Made by a program: the position numbers and the translations under genes
Notes under the pieces: generated by a model
What the model was told of the DNA's origin: nothing
Seen by the model: only the letters and a program-made list of their open reading frames with translations
The model's database searches: none
Shown here: piece by piece, positions 41,174-52,407 of the stretch
How the letters are laid out: every line of letters begins with the position of its first letter
Position numbering within the stretch: position 1 is the stretch's first letter
NCBI GenBank assembly: GCA_009886465.1
Contig: QXZH01000044.1
Span: forward strand, 8,316-71,084
Reading direction: 5' to 3'
Length of the DNA stretch: 62,769 bases
From: Opitutaceae bacterium
GTDB taxonomy: Bacteria > Verrucomicrobiota > Verrucomicrobiia > Opitutales > Coraliomargaritaceae

Positions 41174-41854
41174 ATGCAACAATACACACTTAATATCACA
41201 AATCGTGAAAACACCGGCCGCGGTGTGGCCCGTCGCCTACGTGCGTCGGGTAAAATTCCTGCCTCCCTTTACGGACAGGGTAATGCTCGCTCTATCACCG
41301 TTGCTGCGGTTGATTTTCGCGACCTCAACCGAGAGATTGGAGGCGGTGCTGCCCTAGTCGAGTTGACTGATGAAAAGGGCGATACTGCTCTTTGCCTCGT
41401 TCAAGATGTTCAGTATCATGCTGTTAAGAGCACTATTGACCACATCGATTTCCAAGAAGTAGAACGCGGTCAAGCCTTCAACACGAAGATTCCCGTTCAC
41501 CTCGTCGGCGAAGCAGATTGCACTGGTGTTAAAAACGACGGCGGTGTGCTCGACCACAAGACACACGAAATCGATATCCGCTGCCGTCCTTCCAAACTCC
41601 CTGAGCACGTTGAGGCAGACGTCTCTGAACTTGCTGTCGGCGATGCGCTCACGATTGCTGACTTACCTGTTATCGAGGATGTCGAATACATGGGTGAATC
41701 AAATCAAGTCATTGTTTCCGTCCAACATCCGACCGTCGCCGCCGAACCTTCCGAGGAAGATGTCGAGGAAGTTGCTGCCGACGAAGTTCCTGCGACCAAG
41801 GTCAGTGATGACGATGGCGAGGGTGACGACGACTCCTCCGAAGGAGATAAATAA
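41174..41854 (+). CDS. rplY: 50S ribosomal protein L25 (CTC type)
   Basis: RRLRASGKIPASLYG, HIDF, acidic tail. Confidence 0.96.
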   Translation: MQQYTLNITNRENTGRGVARRLRASGKIPASLYGQGNARSITVAAVDFRDLNREIGGGAALVELTDEKGDTALCLVQDVQYHAVKSTIDHIDFQEVERGQAFNTKIPVHLVGEADCTGVKNDGGVLDHKTHEIDIRCRPSKLPEHVEADVSELAVGDALTIADLPVIEDVEYMGESNQVIVSVQHPTVAAEPSEEDVEEVAADEVPATKVSDDDGEGDDDSSEGDK

Positions 41855-41911
41855 ACCTTTAACTTGGCCAATTTTCTCTACGGAATATTGACCGACAACG
41901 TTCTTTTACAG

Positions 41912-42517
41912 ATGCCCATCGCGGTTATTGCAGGTCTCGGAAATCCAGGATCTAAATACCGCAACACCCGACACAACATTGGCTATGCCCTTGTTGATCA
42001 GTTAGCTGCAAAATTTGGTGCTTCATGGAAACATGAAGCCCGCTTCGAAGCTGAGGTCGCAGTGATCCAGCACGATGAGCGCAAGCTTATGCTACTCAAG
42101 CCTCAGACCTTTATGAATGCCAGTGGTCGCTCGCTCGGAACCGTGCTGCGTTACCGCAAGCTGTCCGCTGAATCGATGCTTGTCATTTATGACGATCTTA
42201 CTCTCGATTTAGGACGGATTAAACTGAGTGTCAACGGCAGTGCTGGCGGCCACAACGGGATCGCTGACATTCTGACTCAAGTCGGCTCAGGTTTTGCCCG
42301 CTTCCGAGTTGGGATCGGAGCTAAGCCACATAAAGGGATGGACCTTGCTGACTACGTCCTGAGCAAATTTTCAAAGGACGAACAAACAATTTTGGCGGAT
42401 CACAGCCCAATTTTTCTTGAACAGATACACTTGATCTTGAATGAAGGTATCGATTTCTCCATGAACATGATTAACCAACGCATAGCTACACCGCATGAGC
42501 GCAACGACAAAAAATAA
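41912..42517 (+). CDS. pth: Peptidyl-tRNA hydrolase
   Basis: GLGNPG, TRHNIG, KPQTFMNASG, GGHNG; ATG at 41912. Confidence 0.97.
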   Translation: MPIAVIAGLGNPGSKYRNTRHNIGYALVDQLAAKFGASWKHEARFEAEVAVIQHDERKLMLLKPQTFMNASGRSLGTVLRYRKLSAESMLVIYDDLTLDLGRIKLSVNGSAGGHNGIADILTQVGSGFARFRVGIGAKPHKGMDLADYVLSKFSKDEQTILADHSPIFLEQIHLILNEGIDFSMNMINQRIATPHERNDKK

Positions 42518-42794
42518 GTATAAAGCCACTTTCATCCTAGACCTCCGCGAATCCGAAGACGATTCCGCTAAAGTTATGGCTGACCTCAACGAAATCTTGA
42601 AGTCCATCGGAGGCGAGCCATCTGACAGCGAAGATCTTGGTATGCTCGACTTCGCTCGTGCTGCGGATCGCCGCTACACTCAAGGTCACTATATTGAGAT
42701 CTACTTTCAGGGTGCTGGCGATGTGCCTTCAACTCTTAACGAAAAGCTCAAACTTGATAAGCGCGTCAATCGCATCTTCGTCGAGTCTAAATAA
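42495..42794 (+). CDS. rpsF: 30S ribosomal protein S6
   Basis: YKATFILD, LGMLDFA, GHY; position before ssb. Confidence 0.88.
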   Translation: MSATTKNKYKATFILDLRESEDDSAKVMADLNEILKSIGGEPSDSEDLGMLDFARAADRRYTQGHYIEIYFQGAGDVPSTLNEKLKLDKRVNRIFVESK

Positions 42795-42815
42795 CACTAC
42801 AAACCCACAACCAAT

Positions 42816-43295
42816 ATGGCCTCATTCAACAAAGTTATTTTGATGGGAAACCTAACCCGCGACCCTGAAACTCGCGTAACGGCCACTGGTTTGACTATTT
42901 GCAAGTTCGGGTTGGCCATCAACCGCGTCTTCACGACCAAAGATGGTGAGCGTAAGGAGGAGACGACTTTCGTCGATGTCGATGCATTCGGCAAACAAGC
43001 TGAAGTGATTACTAAATACATCCGCAAGGGTGATCCTCTCTTTATTGAAGGACGCTTGAAGTTCGATCAGTGGGAAGCCAACGATGGTCAAAAGCGTAGT
43101 AAACTCGGAGTGGTTCTTGATAAATTCGAGTTTATCGGTGGTCGCAGTGAGAATAATGCCAGCGGTGGATCTAGTAACTCCGGAGGCTACGAACAGAGCT
43201 CGCCCCCAAAACGCCAAGTTGCCGATGAAAAGCCCGCTGCAAGTGAAGATTTCTCCGCGGACGAAGACACTCTCGATGAAGACGTGCCCTTCTAG
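42816..43295 (+). CDS. ssb: Single-stranded DNA-binding protein
   Basis: NKVILMGNLTRDPE, C-terminal EDVPF. Confidence 0.98.
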   Translation: MASFNKVILMGNLTRDPETRVTATGLTICKFGLAINRVFTTKDGERKEETTFVDVDAFGKQAEVITKYIRKGDPLFIEGRLKFDQWEANDGQKRSKLGVVLDKFEFIGGRSENNASGGSSNSGGYEQSSPPKRQVADEKPAASEDFSADEDTLDEDVPF

Positions 43296-43352
43296 GCCGA
43301 CGACTTCCTTTTCTCAATTTACCTACAATTTATTTAATACACCAATAGCATC

Positions 43353-43859
43353 ATGGCCAATAATCAGGTTCTCCTCCTACAACCCATCAATGGACTCGGC
43401 GCCGAAGGCGACACAGTCACTGTAAAAGCTGGCTTCGCCCGCAACTTTCTCTTGCCTCGCAAACTAGCGCTACCGATCACGCAGGCGAACAAGAAGCACG
43501 TCGAGTCGCTCCTCAAAGCTCGTGAAGCCCGCGAGCAAAGGGAATTCGAAGATTCACGTGGACTCAGCGAACGCATCGAAAAGACTAGTATCGCAATCGC
43601 TGTGAAAACGGGTGAGGGTGGTAAAATGTTTGGTGCTGTCACCGCTAACGATGTGCTTGAGCGCCTTAAGGAAGAGGGTATCGTGCTCGTGAAGAAGCAA
43701 CTTCAGATAGCAGCACCCATCAAGGAGCTTGGGTCACACACGGCAGCCATTAAACTGCACGCTGACATCGAGACTGAACTCAAGTTTGAAGTCGTCTCTG
43801 AGAATCCAATCGAAGAAAGTGCAGATTCTGAGGAAGAAATTGCAGACGACGACGAATAA
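43353..43859 (+). CDS. rplI: 50S ribosomal protein L9
   Basis: LGAEGDTVTVKAGFARNFLLP, GKMFGAVT. Confidence 0.97.
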   Translation: MANNQVLLLQPINGLGAEGDTVTVKAGFARNFLLPRKLALPITQANKKHVESLLKAREAREQREFEDSRGLSERIEKTSIAIAVKTGEGGKMFGAVTANDVLERLKEEGIVLVKKQLQIAAPIKELGSHTAAIKLHADIETELKFEVVSENPIEESADSEEEIADDDE

Positions 43860-43896
43860 CTGTTGGCAACGCCTCGTTGTTTTTACTCAATAGGGG

Positions 43897-45339
43897 ATGT
43901 CTTCTGATTCAGAACCAGCTTTCGGGCGAGCTAGTAGCGATAGAAAGTTCTCCAATAAAAAGGGGAATTCTCTGTCTGAGGACTTAATACGCACTCAACC
44001 TCACAATATCGAGGCGGAGGAAGGTTTACTAGCTGCATGCCTCATTGATGGTGGTCACGACGTCATTACTACATGCATAGAGAGTCACATCTCTCCAGAG
44101 TGTTTTTATAAGACGCAGCATCAGATTATCTTTTCGGCAATTATTGCACTCTTTGAAGAGGGTAATCCCGTCGATGAGATTATCTTGCACGAATACCTAG
44201 TCAAAGCGGGTAGCTCAGAGGACATTGGGGGTATTGCTGGTATTTACCACATTCAGGGCAGAATTGAAACACCTGCTCACGCAAAGTATTACGCGGGTAT
44301 TGTTCACGAGAAGTATTTATTGCGGAGGCTCATTCGCACGTCGCGCGAGGCGACCGAGGCATGCTATGAACAACAAGAGGACATTTCTGTATTCATCGAT
44401 CGAATCGAAGAGGAAATACATAATATTAGCAGTGGGCGCATTATTAAAGTAGCGACCCCGATTGATGAACCGCTTGAGCAAGCGGTTGCTGATATATACG
44501 CTATGTTAAACGGCAAGAATGAGGCCGACGGCGTCATGTCTGGTTTCCGAGATCTCGATGGAATGACATATGGTTTTCATCCTGGTCAAATGATCGTTTT
44601 GGCAGCCCGCCCCTCAGTGGGAAAGACCAGTTTTGCTATGAATTTCGCGGAGCATGCGATTCTCCCAGACGGTGGTCGTCCTGCAACTGGTGTTCTGGTC
44701 TTCAGCCTAGAAATGACCGCTTCGCAGCTAGCTATGCGTTTGATCTGCTGCCGCGCCCGCGCTGATATGAGGAAGATTCGGGACCGGATAGCGTCAAAGA
44801 AGGACATGCAAGAAATTGCAAACACAGTTAAAGAACTGAAAGGCCAGCCCCTCTGGATCGATGACTCAGCAACATCCACAATTCTCGATATACGTGCCAA
44901 AGCTAGGCGAATTGATGCAAAGCACCGCTTAGGTTTGATCGTTATTGATTACCTTCAGTTGATTAAAGGCACGGACTCTCGGGCACCCCGTGAACAACAG
45001 ATCGCCGATATCTCTCGGGGCGTCAAAGGCATGGCGAAAGAGCTCAATGTGCCAGTCGTCGTACTCAGTCAGCTAAATCGCGAGTCGGAGAAAGAGAACC
45101 GCGATCCACGCCTCTCCGATCTCCGTGAATCAGGCTCGATTGAGCAAGATGCCGACGTTGTGATGCTACTTCATCGCCCGAAAAAGAGCGACGACGATGA
45201 GGCTGTCGATGGTGGGGGCACTTATAATGAGCACGAGCATATTAAATTAATCATTGCCAAACAACGAAATGGCCCCGTTGGTGAAATTGACCTAACATTT
45301 GTTCGCCGCTACACGCGTTACGAGAATTTTCACCGCTAA
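43897..45339 (+). CDS. dnaB: Replicative DNA helicase
   Basis: [42 protein letters not shown]. Confidence 0.98.
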   Translation: MSSDSEPAFGRASSDRKFSNKKGNSLSEDLIRTQPHNIEAEEGLLAACLIDGGHDVITTCIESHISPECFYKTQHQIIFSAIIALFEEGNPVDEIILHEYLVKAGSSEDIGGIAGIYHIQGRIETPAHAKYYAGIVHEKYLLRRLIRTSREATEACYEQQEDISVFIDRIEEEIHNISSGRIIKVATPIDEPLEQAVADIYAMLNGKNEADGVMSGFRDLDGMTYGFHPGQMIVLAARPSVGKTSFAMNFAEHAILPDGGRPATGVLVFSLEMTASQLAMRLICCRARADMRKIRDRIASKKDMQEIANTVKELKGQPLWIDDSATSTILDIRAKARRIDAKHRLGLIVIDYLQLIKGTDSRAPREQQIADISRGVKGMAKELNVPVVVLSQLNRESEKENRDPRLSDLRESGSIEQDADVVMLLHRPKKSDDDEAVDGGGTYNEHEHIKLIIAKQRNGPVGEIDLTFVRRYTRYENFHR

Positions 45340-45366
45340 AGGCTACGTCCGATTACTCTTATTAAA

Positions 45367-47757
45367 ATGCGCATCTTACAGACAGTCTCTTTCTTCGCAG
45401 CCAGCTTGTTTACTATTTGTCTGCCGGTTCAATCCACTTACTCGCAGGAAGCTGAAACCTATCCTATTATCAACCGAATTATCACCGAGTTCGATGGGTT
45501 TCGCTCGACCAGTGACCAATATGTCCTGGGTAGTGTCCAATTGCGCCCCGGTATGAATTATAATCCGGCGCTACTCGACCAGTCGATTCGTGCTCTTTAC
45601 AATACGGGTTATTTCGAATTTGTTGAAGCGCGTGTCGACATGGCGGAAAATCAAACCATCGACGTGGTTTTCGAGCTAGTTTCCAAGTACACTATTGAAC
45701 GCATCCGCTTTTTAGGTAACGACAAATATACCGATTCGCGCCTAGCTACAAAAGCCGAGGTTGAGACTGGTAGATCGCTCGACGAGTATCTGGTCAGCGT
45801 TGGCGCGGATAACATCGCCGCTTATTACGTAGAAAAAGGCTTTCCAGATGCAAAGGTCGACTACCGCATACAGCGTGATGAACAAACTGGTTATGCAGTG
45901 GTTTTTTACGATGTCGACGAGGGTGGTAAAGTCCGCATCGATGAAATCTTCTTCGAAGGAAACGAAGCCTTCAGTAATAAAAAGCTCCTTAAGCAACTTG
46001 AAACAAGTAAGCATGGGTGGCTCTCTTGGTTAACGGGTTCTGGAAAGTTCGACGAAAAGAAATTCAAAGAAGATCTCACTATACTCCGCAAGTTTTACCG
46101 TGACTCTGGTTTTCTCGACTGTGAGATCAACGAAGAGAAAGTATCCATTGATTTCGTCGAGTCCGATGAAATTGTAATTACCATACCTCTAGTCGAAGGG
46201 CAGCTTTACTATCTCGGAGAATTCTCTGTTGAAAATGCGACCATCTACACCACAGACGAATTACTTGGCGAGTTACGCATGGAGAAAGGTGATCCATTTT
46301 CTCCGCAAGACGTGGACGACGCCGCCATTGCCATCCGCGATTACTACACTTCCAGTGGCTATCTTGATTCTAGGGTTCGTGCCGAACGCGTTCCAAATAT
46401 GGAGACGCGCCAGATTGATGTCGTCTTCCGAGTGCGCGAGAGTGAGAAATTTTACGTGGAGTCAATCAACGTGGAGGGTAATACTAAGTCTAAATCGCGA
46501 GTCATTATCCGTGAGTTAGCGCTCAGCCCAGGTAATGTATTTGACCTTAGACGCATGGATGTTAGCGAGCGACGCCTCAAAAATATCAATTTCTTTGAAG
46601 AAGTCCGCCTAAACCCTGAATCTACAAACATCCCTGGACGTAAGGATCTCGGCATCACTGTGAGGGAGGGCCGCACAGGTAGCTTCACTTTTGGCGCGGG
46701 CTTTGGTTCAGTCGAAAGCATCGTCATCTATTGCGAGGTTTCGCAAAGTAACTTTGACCTCTTCAATTGGCGCTCTGGATTTCAAGGTGATGGCCAAAAG
46801 TTCCGTTTTCGCGCCTCGGTTGGCACGACTAGTAACCAAGTCTTAATTGGTTTTGAGGAGCCTTGGCTGTTCGAGCAACGCCTCGCTTTCGGGGTCGAGA
46901 TTTACCGTACAGAATCCGATTATAATAGCACTGATTATAACGAGTTACGAACAGGCTTTGAGCTCTACCTACGCCGTCGCCTCTTCGAATTAGTCGAAGC
47001 ACGCCTTTCCTACCGTATGGAACTAGTCGAGATTTTTGACGTAGATCGCAATCCTACTGCTACTGGTGCAGTTGATAATGGTGATGGTTCGATCACAGGT
47101 GATGGCATCGCCGATGTTTTCCAGCGCGCAGAAGGTGAAGATCTCGTCTCTAAGATCGGCCTCACTCTTCTCCGCGATACTAGAGAGACCCTCATTTTTA
47201 CCCGCAAGGGCAACCGTTCCTCACTAAAGTTTGAGTATGCGGGCATCGGTGGTGATATCAATTACTACAAAATGGAAGGGCGGACTGCTCAGTTCATCCC
47301 CACATTTGATGCCTTTGAGCAGTCGCTCTCCATTATTGCCCGCGCAGGTAGCGTATCTCCTTTCGGCCAGAGTGACCTAGTCCCTTTTTACGACCGCTTC
47401 TACCTAGGTGGTCCCGAAACGCTTCGTGGCTTCGAACACCGGGAAGTGGGTCCACGAGATAGTGATGAAACTGCGCCCGATGAAGCAGTGGGCGGCAACT
47501 CTTACGCCTTTGTTTCTTTTGAGTATGGTTTCCGAATCGCGGAACCTTTGGGGTTGGTCGTGTTCTATGACTGGGGATTTGTTAATGAAAATGATTTTGA
47601 TTTTAGCATGTCTGAATACGCCGACAATTGGGGCGTGGGGGCACGTCTTATGCTCATGGGCTCGCCGCTCAAGCTTGATCTCGGTATACCGATCACTTCC
47701 CCTGAAGGTGCAGGTGGAGGCGCACAGTTCAATTTTTCCTTTGGCACACGCTTCTAG
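45367..47757 (+). CDS. bamA: Outer-membrane protein assembly factor
   Basis: POTRA repeats, LRGF motif, C-terminal FNFSFGTRF. Confidence 0.95.
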   Translation: MRILQTVSFFAASLFTICLPVQSTYSQEAETYPIINRIITEFDGFRSTSDQYVLGSVQLRPGMNYNPALLDQSIRALYNTGYFEFVEARVDMAENQTIDVVFELVSKYTIERIRFLGNDKYTDSRLATKAEVETGRSLDEYLVSVGADNIAAYYVEKGFPDAKVDYRIQRDEQTGYAVVFYDVDEGGKVRIDEIFFEGNEAFSNKKLLKQLETSKHGWLSWLTGSGKFDEKKFKEDLTILRKFYRDSGFLDCEINEEKVSIDFVESDEIVITIPLVEGQLYYLGEFSVENATIYTTDELLGELRMEKGDPFSPQDVDDAAIAIRDYYTSSGYLDSRVRAERVPNMETRQIDVVFRVRESEKFYVESINVEGNTKSKSRVIIRELALSPGNVFDLRRMDVSERRLKNINFFEEVRLNPESTNIPGRKDLGITVREGRTGSFTFGAGFGSVESIVIYCEVSQSNFDLFNWRSGFQGDGQKFRFRASVGTTSNQVLIGFEEPWLFEQRLAFGVEIYRTESDYNSTDYNELRTGFELYLRRRLFELVEARLSYRMELVEIFDVDRNPTATGAVDNGDGSITGDGIADVFQRAEGEDLVSKIGLTLLRDTRETLIFTRKGNRSSLKFEYAGIGGDINYYKMEGRTAQFIPTFDAFEQSLSIIARAGSVSPFGQSDLVPFYDRFYLGGPETLRGFEHREVGPRDSDETAPDEAVGGNSYAFVSFEYGFRIAEPLGLVVFYDWGFVNENDFDFSMSEYADNWGVGARLMLMGSPLKLDLGIPITSPEGAGGGAQFNFSFGTRF

Positions 47758-47799
47758 TCGTGCTTTAATCTAACAACTCAATCACATAAACACATACAT

Positions 47800-48342
47800 A
47801 TGAAAAAATCCACTACCCTTATTCTCGCATCCCTATTGCTTGCCACTGGGCTTTTCGCTCAAAAGGCTCCTGTCATTGGCGTCGTCGACGTGCAACGTGT
47901 CCTGGCAGACTTCACTGAATTTCAATCAGCTCTTGAAAAAGTCCGAGGCTCTGTAGCTCCAGTCGAAGAGGAAATGCAAAAAATGCAGGCTAGTATGCAA
48001 GCCATCGTCACCGAGGGCCGCGAAATCGAAACCAAGGCGAATAACCCAGCCGCGAGCGAAGATGCACGTGCAGAAGCTGTAGCCGCACTCCCCGCGCTTC
48101 AAGCTAAGCTCCAAGAAGCGCAGGCTAACTTAAACCAATTCCGTCAGCAAGCGCAGACACTCGCCCAGCAAGGCCAGGAAGAACAGCTCGCCCCGCTCCA
48201 AGCGAGGGCTGTTGAAGCTGTCAAGGCAGTCGCTGAAGACAAGGGAATCGATCTTGTCTTTCCCAAGAACAACCTCATATACACATCCGATGCGCTCGAG
48301 ATTTCTGACGCTGTAATTGCTTTTCTCAACTCTGGCGAATAG
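47800..48342 (+). CDS. skp: Skp/OmpH periplasmic chaperone
   Basis: Signal peptide, IGVVDVQRV, coiled coil, position after bamA. Confidence 0.9.
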   Translation: MKKSTTLILASLLLATGLFAQKAPVIGVVDVQRVLADFTEFQSALEKVRGSVAPVEEEMQKMQASMQAIVTEGREIETKANNPAASEDARAEAVAALPALQAKLQEAQANLNQFRQQAQTLAQQGQEEQLAPLQARAVEAVKAVAEDKGIDLVFPKNNLIYTSDALEISDAVIAFLNSGE

Positions 48343-48363
48343 CTTAGATTAATTTCAATTTTC

Positions 48364-48397
48364 AAAAACCCTGTTCTCGCATAGGACAGGGTTTTTT
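48364..48397 (+). terminator. Intrinsic terminator after skp
   Basis: aaaaaccctgttct-cgcat-aggacagggtttttt. Confidence 0.75.
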
Positions 48398-48410
48398 GTT
48401 TCTATACATT

Positions 48411-49463
48411 ATGGATTTAAATTATTCTACTACGCGTATTCTCGAAATCTTAGGTAAGGAGTGCCAAATAGTCGGTGATTATGACGGCTCAATAGGAGGC
48501 ATCGCATCGCTAGCCGAGGCCGAGCAGGGTGATCTTTCGTTTTTAGGAAATGCTAAATATCGCGCAAAAGTGCCAGATTCGAAGGCTTCTGTCATACTTG
48601 TTCCTGAGGAATATGAAGAGGCACCTGAGGTTGGGCAGCTTTATTTAAAACTCAAAAATCCCTCCTTCGCTCTTGCACTAATTTGCCGTGATATTGAATG
48701 CAATTTACTGCCTCAAGCACCCGCTGGCGTTCACTCTACCGCAGTGATTGAGCCCGATGCTGAAGTCTCCCCAGAAGCTAGCATCGGCGCGTTTTGCTAC
48801 ATAGGATCGGGTGCTAAAATTGGGGCATCTGTCTTAGAGAGTCATGTTACGGTAGGTCGCGACGCCGTGATCGGTGACGGCTCGCATTTATTTTCGCGTG
48901 TTTCGGTTGGTGACTATTGTGAGATCGGCGAGCGTAATCGCCTAATGTCTGGTAGCGTGATTGGCTCGGACGGTTACGGTTACGAATATGAGGATGAGAC
49001 CCATCAGCGCGTGCCGCAGATCGGGAATGTAGTCACGGCAGCCGACGTCGATATCGGCGCCAACTCGACGATTGACCGAGCTCGCTTCGGCTCGACCCAG
49101 ATCGGTGCTGGTACGAAGATCGATAATCAGGTGCAGATCGCGCATAATGTGCGAATTGGACAGCACTGCTTGATTGTTGCTCAGGTGGGCATCAGCGGAA
49201 GCACGGTATTAGGCGATGGCGTTATCGTTGCAGGCCAAGCTGGCCTCGCAGGGCATTTAAAGATCGGCTCCGGTGCTATGATCGCCGCAAGCACCGCCGT
49301 CTTCAGCGATATGGAGGCTCAATCAAAGGTCCGTGGTTGCCCTGCCATGCCCATGATGCTCTTCAATCGGATGGCCGTTTTGCAACGAAAGTTACCTGAT
49401 CTTTTCAAAAGGTTTGATCAACTCGAAAAAAAGGTAAACTCTCAGCCTGACGAGTCTAGGTAA
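48411..49463 (+). CDS. lpxD: UDP-3-O-acyl-glucosamine N-acyltransferase
   Basis: Hexapeptide repeats, GSDGYGY, TIDRA, KIDNQVQIAHN; ATG at 48411. Confidence 0.96.
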   Translation: MDLNYSTTRILEILGKECQIVGDYDGSIGGIASLAEAEQGDLSFLGNAKYRAKVPDSKASVILVPEEYEEAPEVGQLYLKLKNPSFALALICRDIECNLLPQAPAGVHSTAVIEPDAEVSPEASIGAFCYIGSGAKIGASVLESHVTVGRDAVIGDGSHLFSRVSVGDYCEIGERNRLMSGSVIGSDGYGYEYEDETHQRVPQIGNVVTAADVDIGANSTIDRARFGSTQIGAGTKIDNQVQIAHNVRIGQHCLIVAQVGISGSTVLGDGVIVAGQAGLAGHLKIGSGAMIAASTAVFSDMEAQSKVRGCPAMPMMLFNRMAVLQRKLPDLFKRFDQLEKKVNSQPDESR

Positions 49464-49475
49464 TACATTTTAAAA

Positions 49476-50429
49476 ATGATGAAAGAAAGTCCCCTCAAAA
49501 TATTCTGCGGCAATTCAAATCCCGCCCTTGCTAAGGAGATTTGCGAATATCTCAAGGTGCCGCTGGCCAAGGCCGATGTCATCAGCTTTCCCGATGGTGA
49601 GAGCTTCGTCCGGATTAACGAGAATGTTCGTGGCGCGGATGTGTTCATCATCCAGTCCACTTGTAACCCGGCCAATCAGAACTTGATGGAGCTCTTCATC
49701 ATGATCGATGCTGCTCGCCGCGCTTCAGCCAATCGTATCACCGCCGTCATTCCATTCTATGGTTATGCTCGTCAGGATCGCAAAGATCAGCCTCGCGTGC
49801 CCATTACTTCAAAACTCGTGGCCAATCTGCTCGTCTCTGCGGGCACAGATCGCGTCCTCACCGTCGATCTTCATGCTCAGCAGATCCAAGGTTTCTTTGA
49901 TATCCCCGTCGACCATCTTTACGCTTCGCCAGTTCTGTTCCAATATTTGAAGGATATTGATACGAAAAACCTCACGCTCTTCTCGCCTGATGTGGGAGGT
50001 ATGAAAATGGCCTCTGCTTATGCGGGCATGCTCGATGTGCCAATTGGTTTTATTGCAAAGCGCCGCACCAGCGCCGAAACTGTCGAGGCGACTTCGTTAG
50101 TCGGTGAGACTGAAGGCCGCGATATTTTGCTGATCGATGATATGACAGAGACCGCTGGTACGCTATGCGCTGCTGCGAAATTACTTAAGGAAAATGGTGC
50201 CAAGAGTGTAATGGCAGCCGTTAGCCACGGAGTGCTTAATGAAATGGGCTACCAGCGTTTAGCTGATAGTGCGATCGATCAGCTTATCACTACCAACACT
50301 ACACCCGTGCAAGCGCGGCCTGGTGTGCCAATCACTGTCCTGAGTGTTGCAGAATTACTGGGGGAGGGGATTAAGCGCATTCACAATAATGCGAGTGTTA
50401 CCGGTCTCTTCGATATCAAGGGCTTCTAG
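49476..50429 (+). CDS. prs: Ribose-phosphate pyrophosphokinase
   Basis: FPDGE, YGYARQDRK, DLHAQQIQGFF, IDDMTETAGT. Confidence 0.97.
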   Translation: MMKESPLKIFCGNSNPALAKEICEYLKVPLAKADVISFPDGESFVRINENVRGADVFIIQSTCNPANQNLMELFIMIDAARRASANRITAVIPFYGYARQDRKDQPRVPITSKLVANLLVSAGTDRVLTVDLHAQQIQGFFDIPVDHLYASPVLFQYLKDIDTKNLTLFSPDVGGMKMASAYAGMLDVPIGFIAKRRTSAETVEATSLVGETEGRDILLIDDMTETAGTLCAAAKLLKENGAKSVMAAVSHGVLNEMGYQRLADSAIDQLITTNTTPVQARPGVPITVLSVAELLGEGIKRIHNNASVTGLFDIKGF

Positions 50430-50438
50430 TCAAAGGCC

Positions 50439-50672
50439 GTGCTTGGGTTAAACGTGGATATCTTTTTCCTGCTCTATTTGGGGGCAGGATTCATTCTGCT
50501 CTTCGGTCTCTGGTTCTATTATGACTGGCGCGATAGGCACATCCATGATGCGCAGCGCGCCAAAGTCATCTATCACTGCATCAAGTGTAGCCAAATTTAC
50601 ACGGGGCCTCATCTAAGCGAAGAATGCGATTGCCCCCAATGCGGCTTTACCAATGGTCGACTACGCTTTTGA
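50439..50672 (+). CDS. Small membrane protein with C4 zinc ribbon
   Basis: TM helix, CIKC...CPQCG; fits the gap between prs and guaA. Confidence 0.7.
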   Translation: MLGLNVDIFFLLYLGAGFILLFGLWFYYDWRDRHIHDAQRAKVIYHCIKCSQIYTGPHLSEECDCPQCGFTNGRLRF

Positions 50673-50713
50673 GTCATTTATATAACTAACTCGAAATTTC
50701 TAAATCTTACACA

Positions 50714-52261
50714 ATGCCAGACATCATCGCAGTTCTAGACTTTGGCTCGCAATACACGCAAGTCATCGCCCGTCGTATCCGTGAGGCTCACGTCCTTTCT
50801 CGGATTTATCCTTATAACACGAAGGCGAGCGTCCTCAAAAAGGAGGGCGTTAAAGGCATCATTCTTTCTGGTGGGCCGTCCTCAGTTTTACTCAAAGGTT
50901 CGCCGCGACCAGATAAAAAAGTTTTTGAACTAGGAGCCCCTGTGCTTGGTATCTGTTACGGAGAGCAATTGATGGCACACATGCTTGGCGGTAAGGTCGG
51001 TAAAAGCTTACAACGCGAGTTTGGGCACGGCACATTGAGTATCTCCAAAAAAGGTAAGCTCTTCGCAGGGTTACCCAAAATTCTGCGCGTTTGGAATTCT
51101 CACGGAGACCGCCTCGAAAAACTGCCTAAGGGCTTCGAAGCCATTGCATCAACTGAAAATTCTCCTTTCGCAACTATCCAAGATGCAAAGCGCAATTTTT
51201 ACGGCATGCAGTTTCACCCCGAAGTGGCACACTCCGAAATGGGCATGGAGGTAATCTCTAATTTCTTACTTAAGATTTGTAAATGCAAAGGAGAGTGGTC
51301 GATGGCCAACTACATCGAAGAATCCATCCGCCAGATCCGCGACACTGTCGGCGAAAAACGCGTCATTCTAGGGTTGAGTGGTGGTGTCGATTCTTCAGTT
51401 GCCGCAGCCTTGATTCACCGAGCCATCGGCAGGCAGTTGACCTGTGTCTTCGTAGATAACGGACTGCTCCGTCTCCATGAGCGAGAACAGGTCGAGAAGC
51501 TTTACGGCGATCACTTCGACCTCGACGTCCGAGTTGCTAAGAAATCGAAACTCTTCCTTGATCGCCTCAAAGGAGTCGCCGATCCGGAGAAAAAGCGTAA
51601 GATCATCGGCAATAGCTTTGTCGAAGTTTTCGACCAAGAGGTCAAAAAACTTAAAAAGAAGGGCGACTACGCTTTCCTCGCTCAGGGCACACTCTATCCA
51701 GATGTGATCGAGTCTGTAGCGATTGAAGGTAATCCAGCGGCGCTGATTAAGAGCCACCACAACGTCGGTGGCTTGCCTAAGAAGATGAAGCTCGGCCTCC
51801 TCGAACCTTTGCGTGAGCTCTTCAAAGACGAAGTCCGTGAACTCGGCTCAGAGCTCGGTTTACCCAAGGAAGTCGTTTGGCGCCAGCCATTCCCGGGGCC
51901 TGGTCTCGGTGTCCGCGTGATGGGTCCCATCGTAAAAAAGGACCTCGACGTGCTCCGCAAAGCCGATGCTATTCTCCAAGAGGAGATGATGGCCGCGGAC
52001 CTTTACTATAAGGTTTGGCAATCCTTCTGCGTCTTCCTTCCGGTTAAGACCGTTGGAGTGATGGGTGACGAGCGCACCTACGAAAATGTAGTCGCGCTGC
52101 GCATCGTCGAGAGTGTCGACGCTATGACCGCTGACTGGGCCCGCGTGCCCTATGAGGTGCTCCGCACTATCTCCAGTCGTATCATCAACGAAGTCACTGG
52201 TTGCAACCGCGTCGTGTTGGATATCAGTTCCAAGCCTCCCAGCACCATCGAGTGGGAGTAG
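50714..52261 (+). CDS. guaA: GMP synthase
   Basis: [40 protein letters not shown]. Confidence 0.98.
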   Translation: MPDIIAVLDFGSQYTQVIARRIREAHVLSRIYPYNTKASVLKKEGVKGIILSGGPSSVLLKGSPRPDKKVFELGAPVLGICYGEQLMAHMLGGKVGKSLQREFGHGTLSISKKGKLFAGLPKILRVWNSHGDRLEKLPKGFEAIASTENSPFATIQDAKRNFYGMQFHPEVAHSEMGMEVISNFLLKICKCKGEWSMANYIEESIRQIRDTVGEKRVILGLSGGVDSSVAAALIHRAIGRQLTCVFVDNGLLRLHEREQVEKLYGDHFDLDVRVAKKSKLFLDRLKGVADPEKKRKIIGNSFVEVFDQEVKKLKKKGDYAFLAQGTLYPDVIESVAIEGNPAALIKSHHNVGGLPKKMKLGLLEPLRELFKDEVRELGSELGLPKEVVWRQPFPGPGLGVRVMGPIVKKDLDVLRKADAILQEEMMAADLYYKVWQSFCVFLPVKTVGVMGDERTYENVVALRIVESVDAMTADWARVPYEVLRTISSRIINEVTGCNRVVLDISSKPPSTIEWE

Positions 52262-52407
52262 ACTAACTTATTGTCTTCCTTACAGTCAAAGTGAACAAGC
52301 CACTCACTGCTGGGATATCCAGCATCCCCCAAGGCGACATTCAATAGACTATTTTTCGTCAAGCGCACTTGCAGGCAGTCCGCAGAACTGTTTGCTTAAT
52401 TAAAGTT

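Noticed and set aside
52262-52407. His attenuator before hisD
   Set aside because: No His-codon leader peptide and only a small hairpin (tgctgg/ccagca) without a U tail
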